Shown one piece after another: positions 22,864 to 33,048 of a stretch of 53,723 nt of DNA. The notes under the pieces were generated by a model. It did not search any database. It had not been told where the DNA came from and was given only the letters and a program-made list of their open reading frames with translations. Each line of letters starts with the position of its first letter. Position 1 is the first letter of the stretch. The position numbers were made by a program, and so were the translations under genes. The stretch comes from an uncultured Candidatus Saccharibacteria bacterium (GTDB taxonomy: Bacteria > Patescibacteriota > Minisyncoccia > Phycocordibacterales > UBA9973), in the NCBI GenBank assembly GCA_964432275.1, contig CAYSMH010000004.1, positions 1 to 53,723 on the forward strand, in the 5' to 3' direction.

Positions 22864-23991
22864 TTATTCTTCTTTCTTTTCGTCTTTTGGATCACCGTAG
22901 ACGAGTGTCATACGTTGCTCCTTGGGTTCAAAGAGGGTCACTGTAAATGCATATGTGCGACCAAGTTGGAGTTCTGCACGAAGTTTTTCTTCAGAACCAA
23001 ATGTTGAGTGGTGAACAAGTCCTGCAACACCTTCTTTGATAGACACGAGTGCACCGTGTTTGTTGTACTTGATGACCACACCTTTAACAGTGTCACCCTT
23101 TTTGAGGCTACCTTCGAAGCTTTTCCATGGGTTTTCTTTGAGAGCTTTGATCGAAAGCGAGATTTTGCCATCCTTGATGTCGATGATCTTTGCTTTCACC
23201 TTGTCTTTGAGTTTAAACATTGAACGTGGATCTTCAACGAGCCCCCAGTCAAGTTCAGAGATATGCACGAGCCCTTCCAATCCATCTTCGATCTTCAAGA
23301 ACACACCAAAGTCAACGATACCAGTGACTTCACAGTCAAGCTCGTCTCCCACAGAGTATTTAGAGACAACCTCCTGGCGATCTTCGGTGGTACCATCTTT
23401 TTCAGAGAAAATGATTTTACCATCTTTTGGGTTCGCTGAGATCATCATTACTGCGAGTTTGGTACCTGCGAGTTTTTTGAGTTCACGCATGATTTTATCT
23501 TTGTCAGAGTCCTCTACACGTGGGTAGTGTTCTGCTTTGAGCTGACTTGCAGGTAGAAAGCCTCCCACACCTTGCCAGTCGATGATAAGGCCACCTTTGT
23601 TGGCATCCTTGATAGTGAGTTCAAAGATAGTCTTGTCTTTGATTGCAGCTTCAGCCTCACTCCATAGAAGTGCAGCTTTTGCTTCCTTGAGTGAAAGTTC
23701 GATATAACCATCTTCGTTTTCTGCATCGACTACCTTTGCCTTGATGATGTCGCCAATGTTGGTCTTCTTGATCAAGTCACGAGCGGCGATGTATTCGCGG
23801 CCGTAGATGATACCGGTACCGTATGGTGCAAGATCAATATAGATCGCTGCTTTTTCAACGCCGATCACTGGACCTTCGACGAGTTCATCGAGGCGGGGTC
23901 GGTGAGGACCTTCGTCTACTGTATCTACTGCTTCCACGACTTCTGCCTGTGGTTGCATTTGTTCGAGTTCTGTTTCTTTTTTCTTTGCCAT
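22864..23991 (-). CDS. rpsA: 30S ribosomal protein S1 (four S1 domains)
   Basis: Repeated S1-domain pattern (G.V..V...G..V.L..G..G..H.SE). Start moved to MAKKKETELEQ; the upstream part of the track ORF is non-coding leader. Confidence 0.85.
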   Translation of the reverse strand: MAKKKETELEQMQPQAEVVEAVDTVDEGPHRPRLDELVEGPVIGVEKAAIYIDLAPYGTGIIYGREYIAARDLIKKTNIGDIIKAKVVDAENEDGYIELSLKEAKAALLWSEAEAAIKDKTIFELTIKDANKGGLIIDWQGVGGFLPASQLKAEHYPRVEDSDKDKIMRELKKLAGTKLAVMMISANPKDGKIIFSEKDGTTEDRQEVVSKYSVGDELDCEVTGIVDFGVFLKIEDGLEGLVHISELDWGLVEDPRSMFKLKDKVKAKIIDIKDGKISLSIKALKENPWKSFEGSLKKGDTVKGVVIKYNKHGALVSIKEGVAGLVHHSTFGSEEKLRAELQLGRTYAFTVTLFEPKEQRMTLVYGDPKDEKKEE

Positions 23992-24172
23992 AAATATAAA
24001 TAAAATGCGCCGCAGAGGCGGCGATCCGGTGAGCCGATGTTTTGTGGCTCCCGAACTGCCTACCAAGATTTCATCTAGCATTTCGAGCCTAGGTGAGGTT
24101 ATTCCTAATAGGTTACTTATTAACTCTTGCGAGTAGGGAAATACTAGCATTTCAGAGGCATGTTGGATAGTA

Positions 24173-24201
24173 TTGACTGTACATGATTGATGTGTTAATA
24201 T
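24173..24201 (+). promoter_or_regulatory. Sigma70-type promoter
   Basis: TTGACT-N17-TAATAT upstream of ATG 24218. Confidence 0.55.
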
Positions 24202-24217
24202 AATAAAAACTAAAACA

Positions 24218-24673
24218 ATGAAAAGAACGTTAAAAATCGTCAGTTCCATAGCTGACTACACGCAATATTTGAAGGAAAAAGGAAAAGTAGCTCCCAACGA
24301 AGAATTGAAAAATATAAAAATTTCAATCAAAAATGGACAAATAATATCAACCTACGAAGGTACTGATGAGTTAGTTTCAATTGAAACAGAAACTCCTTTG
24401 AAAAAACTGCTCTCTGAAAATTTACAGCAATTTCTTAAGAGGAAGGATGCTTCAGAAAGACTTTTCAACCATCTACCCGCTGGAGTAGCCAGGGCTTTGA
24501 GGCAAGACGATAAAAATTATTCAAATGTGACTGTTGGAGACTTAATGCTTTTTAAAGTAAAAGATCTTGAAAAAGCTAATTTTAGAGGTATTGCAAATAA
24601 ATCTATATCTGAATTAATTCAGTACATAGGTGAAGAAGAACTTTTGAAAGGGTACCCGTTATATGGTGCTTAA
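24218..24673 (+). CDS. Orphan protein with an RNAP alpha-CTD-like helix-hairpin-helix C-terminus
   Basis: LPAGVARALRQ..VTVGDLMLFKVKDLEKANFRGIANKSISELIQYI resembles the alpha-CTD pattern (R..N.L...I.TVGDL...L....NFG.KS..EI). The gene is AT-rich. Confidence 0.5.
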   Translation: MKRTLKIVSSIADYTQYLKEKGKVAPNEELKNIKISIKNGQIISTYEGTDELVSIETETPLKKLLSENLQQFLKRKDASERLFNHLPAGVARALRQDDKNYSNVTVGDLMLFKVKDLEKANFRGIANKSISELIQYIGEEELLKGYPLYGA

Positions 24674-24680
24674 TTTTAGA

Positions 24681-24707
24681 AAGCCGGAAGTTGCCCGGCT
24701 TTTTTTA
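24681..24707 (+). terminator. Terminator hairpin
   Basis: AAGCCGG..CCGGCTT stem plus T7. Confidence 0.65.
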
Positions 24708-24734
24708 TTACCTTTTTTTTGCTAGTATAGCTTC

Positions 24735-25346
24735 ATGGTTATCACCTATTACGGCAAACAATACTTCAAGCTCACCCTTGGCGATCTCACGATCGCGACC
24801 AATCCACCCGCAAAAAGTCTTAAGCCCTCACGTTTCGGTGCCGATATTGCACTCATCACTACCAATACCGAGGAGGGTAATGATCCTGAAACAGTGTCTC
24901 TCGGTGACAAGGTACCGTTTGTGATCGACAGTGCGGGCAGCTATGAAGTACACGAGCTCTTTGTTGCTGGTGCATCTAGTACGGTGACAATCAACAAGGT
25001 GGAACGTATTAATACCGTTTACGGCTTTGAGCTTGACGGGATCAAGATTTGTTTTCTCGGGTCGGTATATGACGAAAAAGCACTTTCTACAGAGGCAAAA
25101 GAAATAGCTGCAGCAGCAGATATGATATTTGTAGACATAGGAGACGATCCTGCACATGCGTACAAAACAGCGCTATCGTTTGAGCCCAATGTGATTATTC
25201 CAATGGGATATGATACTGATTCACTCAAACGATTTCTCAAAGAAGCAGGCCAAGAAAAAAATGAAGTACAAGACAAGGCGACACTCAAGCGTCGTGATCT
25301 TGATGGTAAACAAGGGTTCGTTATCGTACTTCAATCACAAAGTTAG
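24735..25346 (+). CDS. MBL-fold (UPF0173-like) hydrolase homolog lacking an obvious HxHxDH motif
   Basis: The start MVITYYGKQYFKLTLGDLTIATNP and overall length fit the family. Metal-ligand histidines are not evident. Confidence 0.5.
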   Translation: MVITYYGKQYFKLTLGDLTIATNPPAKSLKPSRFGADIALITTNTEEGNDPETVSLGDKVPFVIDSAGSYEVHELFVAGASSTVTINKVERINTVYGFELDGIKICFLGSVYDEKALSTEAKEIAAAADMIFVDIGDDPAHAYKTALSFEPNVIIPMGYDTDSLKRFLKEAGQEKNEVQDKATLKRRDLDGKQGFVIVLQSQS

Positions 25347-25352
25347 TAGACT

Positions 25353-25556
25353 ATGGCGCTATTTGAACAACACCCGCACCATGTTCGCAAAAAAATAGCC
25401 CTTGGGATTACCGCTTTTGTGGCCTGTGTGCTAGTCATTCTTTTTATGTATACCTACATGCGCAAAGAGGCACAACCAAATGAATCAAGTTCAAGAATCA
25501 ACACATTTTACACCACACTACTAGAGCAAGCACAATCGATTTTTGATCGAAATTAA
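25353..25556 (+). CDS. Small membrane protein (67 aa)
   Basis: One TM helix (IALGITAFVACVLVILFMY). Confidence 0.45.
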   Translation: MALFEQHPHHVRKKIALGITAFVACVLVILFMYTYMRKEAQPNESSSRINTFYTTLLEQAQSIFDRN

Positions 25557-25588
25557 GGTATACTAACTACCTCTAATCACCTATAGGT

Positions 25589-28048
25589 ATGGCAAAAAAA
25601 GCATCTCAATCCACCCCTGAACCAATCCCTACTGAGCGGCAAAGTATTCTTCCGGTCAATATCGTTACCGAAATGCGCACGAGCTTCATTGACTACGCGA
25701 TGTCCGTGATCACTGATCGAGCACTTCCTGACGTGCGCGACGGACTCAAACCAGTACATCGTCGTATTCTCTTTGCAATGTATAAAAACGGTCTTGTTGC
25801 CAGTGCCAAGTTTCGTAAAAGCGCATTGATTGTCGGTGATGTACTTGGTAAATATCACCCTCATGGCGATCAATCAGTGTATGACGCGATGGTAAAAATG
25901 GCGCAAGATTTTGCATACCGATATCCGCTCGTGAAAGGGCAAGGAAACTTTGGCTCGATCGACGGCGACAATGCTGCAGCGATGCGTTATACAGAGGCGC
26001 GCATGAGCAAAATCGCAATGGAAATGATCCGCGATATCGAAAAAGACACGATCGATTATCGTCCCAACTACGATGCAACTCTGATGGAGCCCTCAGTGAT
26101 GCCAACCGCAGTGCCTAGTTTGCTGCTCAACGGTACGCTCGGTATTGCAGTAGGTATGGCGACCAACATTGCTCCACACAATCTTGGGGAAGTGATGGAT
26201 GCATGTCTGTATATGGTAGAGAACGATGATGTGAGCAACGAAGACCTTGCGGGGATTATTCAAGGCCCTGATTTCCCAACAGGCGGACTCGCATTTAACA
26301 AAGCTGATATTGCACATGCATTTGCAACAGGACGTGGTGGCGTAGTATGTCGCGGGGAAGCAGAAATTGCTGAGACCAAAAGTGGTGTATACACGATTAC
26401 AATCACTTCACTACCGTACCAAGTCATCAGATCAAACTTTGTTGAGTCAATCGCATCACTTGTTCAAGAAAAGAAACTTGAGGGTATTAAAGGACTTGAA
26501 GACCACTCAGCAGCTGATATGCGTGTCGTTATTACGCTCAAATCAGGCATTAATCCGCAAAAGATTCTCAACTATTTATACAAACACACTCAACTCGAAC
26601 AAACATTTCACTACAACATGGTCGCACTCGTCGATGGTACACCAGAGACACTGTCATTGAAGTCTATCCTTACATCATTTATTGGTCACCGAGAGATAGT
26701 GATTCGCCGCCGTACTGCATTTGATCTCAAAAAGGCAAAAGATCGCGAACATATTCTCCTTGGTCTCAAGAAAGCGCTTGATCACATCGATCGTATCATC
26801 ACATTGATTCGCGGATCCAAAGACGCTGCAGTTGCAAAGGTAAACTTGATGAAAGAGTTTAAGTTCTCTGATCTTCAAGCAGATGCGATCCTCGAAATGC
26901 GGCTACAGAAACTCGCAGGCCTTGAACGCAAGGCGGTTGAAACAGAGCTCAAAGAAAAGCAGGAGCTTATCGCAGAACTCGAAGCACTTCTTGCAAGTAC
27001 CAAGAAGATATTCAAAGTCATGGCAGATGAGTTTCGAGAGATCAAAGATAAGTACGCGGATGATCGTCGTACCAAGATTGTTTCAGGAGGTACTATGGCA
27101 ATCAGTGATGAAGATTTGATTCCTGAAAAAGAATCTGTGCTGGTATTGACCTCTGGTGGATACGTCAAACGTACCGATCCAAGTGAATACAAGATTCAAA
27201 AGCGTGGCGGTGTCGGTGTAATTGATCTCGAAACCAAAGAAGAAGATTTTGTGACGACGCTACTGACGACTGATACACATTCAGATCTTCTCTTCTTTAC
27301 CAACAAAGGGAAGGCATATCAAATCAAAATGTATGATATCCCAGAGGGTAAACGTGCTACAAAAGGTAAAAGTATTATGAACTTCCTTTCACTTGGTGGG
27401 GATGAACAAGTCACAAGCGTGCTTGCGGTGCCTAAAAAAGCAAAAGAAGAAAAGGCGTCACTCTTTCTCATTACCAAAAATGGTGTTGCAAAGAAAATGT
27501 CATACGACAGCTTCAAAGATGTTCGACGTAGCGGTATCATCGCGATTAGACTTGATGATAAAGATGAACTCCAGACCGCGCTGCGTGTTCAAAAAGGGCA
27601 GAGTGTTATCCTCGCATCAAGTCAGGGGCAGTCAATCCGGTTTGCAGAAAACGATGTACGTGAAATGGGTCGCACTGCTGGTGGAGTGCGTGCGATGAAG
27701 CTCGGCAAACACGATACTATCGTAGGAGCAAATGTTGTGGCAACTGAAGACGGGACATATATGCTCACGCTTGGTGCAAATGGTATTGGTAAAAAGACCA
27801 AGATTAGTGAGTACAAGATCCAAAAGCGTGGCGGTAGTGGTATCAAAACAACCAAGATCACCGCAAAGACTGGTGCACTCATGGTGGCAATGGTGGTTAC
27901 CGATGGAGAACTTGTAGCAATGAGTAAAAAAGGACAAGTGATCCGCGTAGATCTTGCGACCATCCCTTCATCAGGACGACAAACACAAGGCGTCACGATC
28001 ATGAAACTTCGCGCAGGCGATACACTTGCGTCTGTTACGTGTTTGTAA
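25589..28048 (+). CDS. gyrA: DNA gyrase subunit A
   Basis: DGLKPVHRR, the [15 protein letters not shown] region, AAMRYTE (active-site Tyr), and C-terminal beta-pinwheel repeats. Confidence 0.96.
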   Translation: MAKKASQSTPEPIPTERQSILPVNIVTEMRTSFIDYAMSVITDRALPDVRDGLKPVHRRILFAMYKNGLVASAKFRKSALIVGDVLGKYHPHGDQSVYDAMVKMAQDFAYRYPLVKGQGNFGSIDGDNAAAMRYTEARMSKIAMEMIRDIEKDTIDYRPNYDATLMEPSVMPTAVPSLLLNGTLGIAVGMATNIAPHNLGEVMDACLYMVENDDVSNEDLAGIIQGPDFPTGGLAFNKADIAHAFATGRGGVVCRGEAEIAETKSGVYTITITSLPYQVIRSNFVESIASLVQEKKLEGIKGLEDHSAADMRVVITLKSGINPQKILNYLYKHTQLEQTFHYNMVALVDGTPETLSLKSILTSFIGHREIVIRRRTAFDLKKAKDREHILLGLKKALDHIDRIITLIRGSKDAAVAKVNLMKEFKFSDLQADAILEMRLQKLAGLERKAVETELKEKQELIAELEALLASTKKIFKVMADEFREIKDKYADDRRTKIVSGGTMAISDEDLIPEKESVLVLTSGGYVKRTDPSEYKIQKRGGVGVIDLETKEEDFVTTLLTTDTHSDLLFFTNKGKAYQIKMYDIPEGKRATKGKSIMNFLSLGGDEQVTSVLAVPKKAKEEKASLFLITKNGVAKKMSYDSFKDVRRSGIIAIRLDDKDELQTALRVQKGQSVILASSQGQSIRFAENDVREMGRTAGGVRAMKLGKHDTIVGANVVATEDGTYMLTLGANGIGKKTKISEYKIQKRGGSGIKTTKITAKTGALMVAMVVTDGELVAMSKKGQVIRVDLATIPSSGRQTQGVTIMKLRAGDTLASVTCL

Positions 28049-28074
28049 GAAAAAAGAGAATACATTTCGAAAAA

Positions 28075-28111
28075 AGCACGAAAATTTCTTGCTAGAAATT
28101 TTCGTGCTTTT
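28075..28111 (+). terminator. Strong terminator after gyrA
   Basis: 15-bp perfect stem AGCACGAAAATTTCT/AGAAATTTTCGTGCT, 4-nt loop, T-run. Confidence 0.8.
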
Positions 28112-28133
28112 ATACCACATGCAACGCTCACAC

Positions 28134-28195
28134 AGAAGAAATATTTATTCCGAAAACTCGCTTCGCTCAAACAGTTCTTCATAAATATTTCTTCT
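28134..28195. repeat. 15-bp perfect inverted repeat with a 32-nt spacer
   Basis: AGAAGAAATATTTAT (28134-28148) and ATAAATATTTCTTCT (28181-28195). Confidence 0.85.
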
Positions 28196-28223
28196 CTGCT
28201 CGCTTCATTGCTATACTATATAT

Positions 28224-28748
28224 ATGTTCATGGATCCTGTTGCCATACTTGCAAAGTGTAATCTTCAAGTCACTGATACCGTCGTTGATTTTGGTGCAGG
28301 GTCCGGTTTTGTAGCAAAAGCAGCGTTAGGCTACGTACCACAGGGTAACGTATTTGCTATAGAGATCAATCGCGACATGGTCACTCGACTAACTCGCGAA
28401 GCTACTGAAACTAATAAGAAAAATCTTCATGTACTATGGGGAGATATCGAAGTACTCGGAGGCAGTAAAATGGGAGATGGCGCTGCAGATTTCATCATAC
28501 TTTCCAACACATTGTTTAGTCTTGAAGATAAAGAAGGGTGTTTCAAAGAAATCGCACGCGTCATAAAGCCGGGTGGGCGCATACTTGTTGTTGATTGGTC
28601 AGAATCATTTGGAGGGCTCGGGCCACAACCACAGTCTGTCGTGAGCAAAGATACCGTACGGGGACTTGCGGCTCGTGTCGGGTTCACTGAGTTAACAGAT
28701 ACACTACCAGGGGGAGATCATCACTATGCTATACTTTTCAAGAGTTAA
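28224..28748 (+). CDS. Class I SAM-dependent methyltransferase
   Basis: VVDFGAGSGF (motif I) and IKPGGRILVVDW. Confidence 0.75.
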   Translation: MFMDPVAILAKCNLQVTDTVVDFGAGSGFVAKAALGYVPQGNVFAIEINRDMVTRLTREATETNKKNLHVLWGDIEVLGGSKMGDGAADFIILSNTLFSLEDKEGCFKEIARVIKPGGRILVVDWSESFGGLGPQPQSVVSKDTVRGLAARVGFTELTDTLPGGDHHYAILFKS

Positions 28749-28760
28749 TCACCTATCGGA

Positions 28761-30068
28761 ATGAAATCATCATTTCAAACAATTCTCGTCATCCTTTTTG
28801 TCGTTGTTTTTGCAGGCGCGGTTATGGTATTTTCGGGAATCATACCCATCGGCTCCAAACAAGCAGCAGCTACTCCTTCGGGTACTGTGGTGATGTGGGG
28901 TACTGCACCGCAAACACTTATGCAGCAGTATGTCGATAGTCTCGTCGCGTCTGTCAGTGGTGAGTATGCGATCAGATATATAGAGCGTGATGTTGATACA
29001 TTTGAGCAAGATATGATCGTGGCACTTGCCAATGGTGATGCGCCTGATCTAGTAATGTTTCCCTCAGAGTTGATCGAACGACTCAAAAGTAGACTCTATG
29101 TAATACCCTATGCAGCCTACAGTGAGCGACTCTATCGTGATACTCATATCGAAGGTGCACAGCTTTTCTTGCGCAAAGATGGTGTACTCGCATTACCACT
29201 TGTAGTTGATCCGCTTGTGGTGTATTACAACAAAGATATTCTTGCTGCAAAAAACTTCGTAGTTCCTCCAAAGACATGGTCAGATCTTCAGCGTGTGATA
29301 CCACTTCTGACTATTCGTGACACGAGAGGTACTATCACACAGTCGACTATTGCGCTTGGTGGAGTTACCAACGTTGCTCATGCTCGAGATATACTTTCGG
29401 CACTATTTCTACAAACGGGAAACAGTATTGTTTCGTACCAACCGTCAACTGATAGTAGTTCTGTGGTGCTAGGTATGACTCCTGCTGGGGCCGAGAGTGC
29501 ACCCACTGCACAAGCACTTGAGTTTTATACGAGTTTTGCAAACCCTACCAGTAGCAACTACTCATGGAATAGCGGATTCCCTAGTAGTTTGACACAGTTT
29601 ATTGCTGGCAAAAGTGCATTTTATATTGGACGGGCGAGTGAGTTGTTTACTATCCAAGCACAAAATCCCAACCTCAACTTCGATGTATCAGAGCTCTTTC
29701 AGACAGGGGTAGGGTCTCGACCTATTACGTTTGGATCATTTACCGCAGTCGGTGTTATGAAAAACGCACCCAACTTCACCACTGCATACGCAGCAGCAAC
29801 AGCTATGAGTAGTGCTGCAGGAATAGATGCACTCTCTAAAACTCTCTCACTTGCTCCAGCGCGACGTGACTTACTGCTTGTTCAACAGGCAAATCCATAT
29901 GTATCAACATTCTTTACCGCAGCACTGTCTGCGTTTGGGTGGGCTGATCCAAATCCAGTGACTACTACTGCCACATTCCAATCAATGGTTGCTGATGTAC
30001 AAAGCGGCAAGAGTGTTCCACAAACAGCACTTTTTGAAGCTGTGCGTAAGTTACAATCTGCATTATGA
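28761..30068 (+). CDS. Extracellular solute-binding-protein-like (ABC SBP family 1-like), membrane-anchored
   Basis: N-terminal TM helix, then VVMWGT.., GDAPDLVMFP, DPLVVYYNKDIL..PPKTWSDL, typical of SBP_bac_1-type proteins. No permease or ATPase gene is adjacent. Confidence 0.62.
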   Translation: MKSSFQTILVILFVVVFAGAVMVFSGIIPIGSKQAAATPSGTVVMWGTAPQTLMQQYVDSLVASVSGEYAIRYIERDVDTFEQDMIVALANGDAPDLVMFPSELIERLKSRLYVIPYAAYSERLYRDTHIEGAQLFLRKDGVLALPLVVDPLVVYYNKDILAAKNFVVPPKTWSDLQRVIPLLTIRDTRGTITQSTIALGGVTNVAHARDILSALFLQTGNSIVSYQPSTDSSSVVLGMTPAGAESAPTAQALEFYTSFANPTSSNYSWNSGFPSSLTQFIAGKSAFYIGRASELFTIQAQNPNLNFDVSELFQTGVGSRPITFGSFTAVGVMKNAPNFTTAYAAATAMSSAAGIDALSKTLSLAPARRDLLLVQQANPYVSTFFTAALSAFGWADPNPVTTTATFQSMVADVQSGKSVPQTALFEAVRKLQSAL

Positions 30069-30979
30069 TGAAATATATTCTCACCTGGTTATTGATCGGT
30101 ATACTCATGACTTCTACAGGACATGTAGAAGCATCAAGTTTTTCTTGTATAGAAAAGAGACCAACTGAAACAGGAGTAGGGTTGCGTGTTTCTGGTACAG
30201 GTATTGTTGCGCACGTGATCAAAGTGCTTCCTTCGACGGCTCCCAACAATTCGTACGCGATTGAGCCAATCGATAGTACATATAATGCTGACGCAACTGC
30301 TGGATATTTTGTCTACACTGATTTGCAACCAGGAACCTCGTATCGAGTACGAGCATATGATGGAGCAGGTACGTTGATCCAAGACATCGGCAACTGCTCG
30401 TTCACGACGACAGCTGCCGGTACTGGCACTCCTCCTGTCACATCAACCACACCTGTGGTATCTGGAGGTTGTAATGAAGCAGACCAGTGCTCTGATTGTA
30501 AAGACAACCAAATAGGAGATGGCAAAAATTACGGGTACGGTACCAATAACGGTGATCGCAAGGCCGATCGGTATGGCACACTCGAGTTTGAACCCGATCC
30601 TGCATGTTTTGCAAAAGGGGTAACGATAGAAAAAGGGGATGACCTCGCGTACAACACTGATGGTACTCCTGCGAGTGTGATCCCATGTACCAACAAATGC
30701 ACGCTCAACGACGTCTTTCGACTGCTCAACAACATTATTGCGTTCTTCTTCAAGGTGCTCTTGATTCCGATCTTTGTGATCATGATCATGTATGCAGGGT
30801 ATAAATATATCGCTGCACAAGGTAACTCTGGGAAAATCGCGAACCTCAAGCGGATGCTCGGATACTTTATTGGAGGTATTTTGCTGATATTGTGTGCGTG
30901 GCTTATCGTACGCACCATCATGAACACACTGCTTAACGATCAGTTCAAGCAAAGTGGAGTAGAATTACTCGGAGAGTAA
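30065..30979 (+). CDS. Pilin-like protein (TrbC/VirB2-type C-terminal 2-TM module) with FN3/Ig-like N-domain and a Cys-rich middle
   Basis: Signal peptide and a Cys-bounded segment ..LQPGTSYRVRAY..CSFTT. C-terminus is FFFKVLLIPIFVIMIMYAGYKYIAAQGNSGKIANLKRMLGYFIGGILLILCAWLIV. The ATG overlaps the SBP stop (ATGATG). Confidence 0.6.
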   Translation: MMKYILTWLLIGILMTSTGHVEASSFSCIEKRPTETGVGLRVSGTGIVAHVIKVLPSTAPNNSYAIEPIDSTYNADATAGYFVYTDLQPGTSYRVRAYDGAGTLIQDIGNCSFTTTAAGTGTPPVTSTTPVVSGGCNEADQCSDCKDNQIGDGKNYGYGTNNGDRKADRYGTLEFEPDPACFAKGVTIEKGDDLAYNTDGTPASVIPCTNKCTLNDVFRLLNNIIAFFFKVLLIPIFVIMIMYAGYKYIAAQGNSGKIANLKRMLGYFIGGILLILCAWLIVRTIMNTLLNDQFKQSGVELLGE

Positions 30980-30996
30980 CGGTATACTACTATAGT

Positions 30997-32118
30997 ATGA
31001 AATACACATTTATTGCTGCTGTCTTTGCTCTCATCTGGATACCGCAGAGCGTGTTTGCAGCAAATGACTTTATCTGTGTAGCGCCGACAATTAATGCAAC
31101 TGATATGACGCTTGTCGTTACGGGATCCGGCATCTCTATGCGTTCAGTCAAAATAGTACCAGTGAGTGATATTACTGGTAACCTTTCGCAGCAGCCACTT
31201 ACAAGAATCAATGCTCCATCTGGCGATAGGGCAGAAATGTATTTTGAAAACCTTACTCCTTCGACATCCTACAAAGGGATTGTTACGACTCAGGTCGGAG
31301 GAGCTTTTTATGAAGATATTATTAAATGTACATTTGCAACCAGAGCTTCTGGTGCCAGTACGACCCCTACAACACCAAGTACCTCTACTCCATTACCTCC
31401 TTCTACTCCTACCTCTACCAACAACGATGCTGCATTTCGTATGTCGACTACACAACAACCTGGTGGGCAGGTGACTATATATGCGACGTCTCTCATATCA
31501 GTCAATGCAACAGGGTGGATCGAGGTTCGTAAGGCGGGGCAACAACCAATAGTTGTATGTTCCAATAAAAACTTCCCTGCGCAAACACTTGCTGATCCAT
31601 GTGTAAAGCCAGGACTTGCAGCAGGTGCGTACACAGCACATGTGTTTAGTACTGGTACTGATGGGAGGCCGTACAATGCAATGACTGAGTTTAGTATCAG
31701 TGGAAATACAACTAGTACCACATCAAACACTGGCACCACAGCAACGGGTTCATCGGGTAGTGGGACCACGGGTACCACTGGTACAACATTTACACCTTCT
31801 GGTGGCGCAGCAGGCAACAGTATGCCATCAAACAACACGACGCTACTATCGGTACGCCTCGAAAACCCTCTCAAGGTCAACACGGTGCAGGATGCGATCA
31901 AGTATTTCGTCAACGCGCTCATACGCATAGCGATACCATTTATTGTCGTTTTCTTTATTTGGTCAGGGCTACAGTTCATCCTTGCGCAGGGCAACCCCGA
32001 CAAGCTTGGCAAAGCCAAAAAAACATTTCTGTATACTATTATAGGTACACTGTTGATCCTTGGCGCATGGGCGATCACCAACGCGATTATTGGCACTGTT
32101 AATACACTTGTAAAATAA
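30997..32118 (+). CDS. Pilin-like protein with two Ig/FN3-like N-domains and a T/S/P/G-rich linker
   Basis: Signal peptide MKYTFIAAVFALIWIPQSVFA, then ..LTPSTSYKGIV..CTFAT. C-terminus is IRIAIPFIVVFFIWSGLQFILAQGNPDKLGKAKKTFLYTIIGTLLILGAWAI. Confidence 0.6.
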   Translation: MKYTFIAAVFALIWIPQSVFAANDFICVAPTINATDMTLVVTGSGISMRSVKIVPVSDITGNLSQQPLTRINAPSGDRAEMYFENLTPSTSYKGIVTTQVGGAFYEDIIKCTFATRASGASTTPTTPSTSTPLPPSTPTSTNNDAAFRMSTTQQPGGQVTIYATSLISVNATGWIEVRKAGQQPIVVCSNKNFPAQTLADPCVKPGLAAGAYTAHVFSTGTDGRPYNAMTEFSISGNTTSTTSNTGTTATGSSGSGTTGTTGTTFTPSGGAAGNSMPSNNTTLLSVRLENPLKVNTVQDAIKYFVNALIRIAIPFIVVFFIWSGLQFILAQGNPDKLGKAKKTFLYTIIGTLLILGAWAITNAIIGTVNTLVK

Positions 32119-32120
32119 TT

Positions 32121-32972
32121 ATGAAATACACTTTCCTTGCTATTGTTCTCAGTCTCGTCTTTTTTTCTCCGCAAAGTGTCTCTGCTGCGACCTATGCTTG
32201 TACTGCTAAAAACGCAACGTTTGATAGTGCATCGATTACGGTGATGCCAAGTGATGGTAGTATCGAAGGTAGTTCTGTGAGCCTCTATACTACTAACGGT
32301 ACTCAGTACACGCCTAGCTCAGTGACGCGAGTAGCAGCTCCTATGCCTTCAAATATAGTAGGAGCAACGTATACATTTACTGGACTCGTTTCTGGTACCG
32401 TGTATTATCCAGTGATTACAGGTAGCGGGATAGCTTCCCAACAAGTTCCGGGTTGTACTGTTACAACAACACGTAGTCCTGCATCTAGTACACCCAACAC
32501 GGTACCTACATCTACCAACCCATTTCCTGTTGGCACCGTGGTCAGTAGTGGCACCTTTGGTACTACACCAGTAAATCCTAGTCCAAATCCAAGCACTCCT
32601 ACTACAGTCGCTGCTCCACAGGCAAACGCATCTCAGCTTCAGCAGTGTAGTGCCATCAAGTTTGACTCGATACTCGACATACTCATCTGGCTCAAGTGCG
32701 TCATTGTGATCGCGATCATTCCTCTCATCTTTTCTGCAGCACTCTTGTTCTTCCTCTGGGGTGTGATGAAGTTCATCATGGCATCAGATAGTAATAAAAA
32801 AGAAGAAGGCAAGAAGTTCATCATCAATGGTCTTATCGGACTCTTTGTGATGACGGCACTGTGGGGGATCATCTCTATCGCCGGCGGCATACTCGGTACC
32901 AACAACAGTACTGTACCGCTGTTACAAACTGAATGTCTGACGAAAAATGGTTGCCAGCCCAAGAAGCCATAG
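32121..32972 (+). CDS. Pilin-like protein with an FN3-like N-domain
   Basis: Signal peptide MKYTFLAIVLSLVFFSPQSVSA, then ..LVSGTVYYPVI..CTVTT and a T/S/P-rich linker. C-terminus is ALLFFLWGVMKFIMASDSNKKEEGKKFIINGLIGLFVMTALWGII. Confidence 0.6.
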   Translation: MKYTFLAIVLSLVFFSPQSVSAATYACTAKNATFDSASITVMPSDGSIEGSSVSLYTTNGTQYTPSSVTRVAAPMPSNIVGATYTFTGLVSGTVYYPVITGSGIASQQVPGCTVTTTRSPASSTPNTVPTSTNPFPVGTVVSSGTFGTTPVNPSPNPSTPTTVAAPQANASQLQQCSAIKFDSILDILIWLKCVIVIAIIPLIFSAALLFFLWGVMKFIMASDSNKKEEGKKFIINGLIGLFVMTALWGIISIAGGILGTNNSTVPLLQTECLTKNGCQPKKP

Positions 32973-33048
32973 ACAGTGGGGACCTAGAGTTGGTATACTG
33001 ATAGCATCCTTTTATTAGTAGGGTAATAGTTACAATTAATTTATATTT

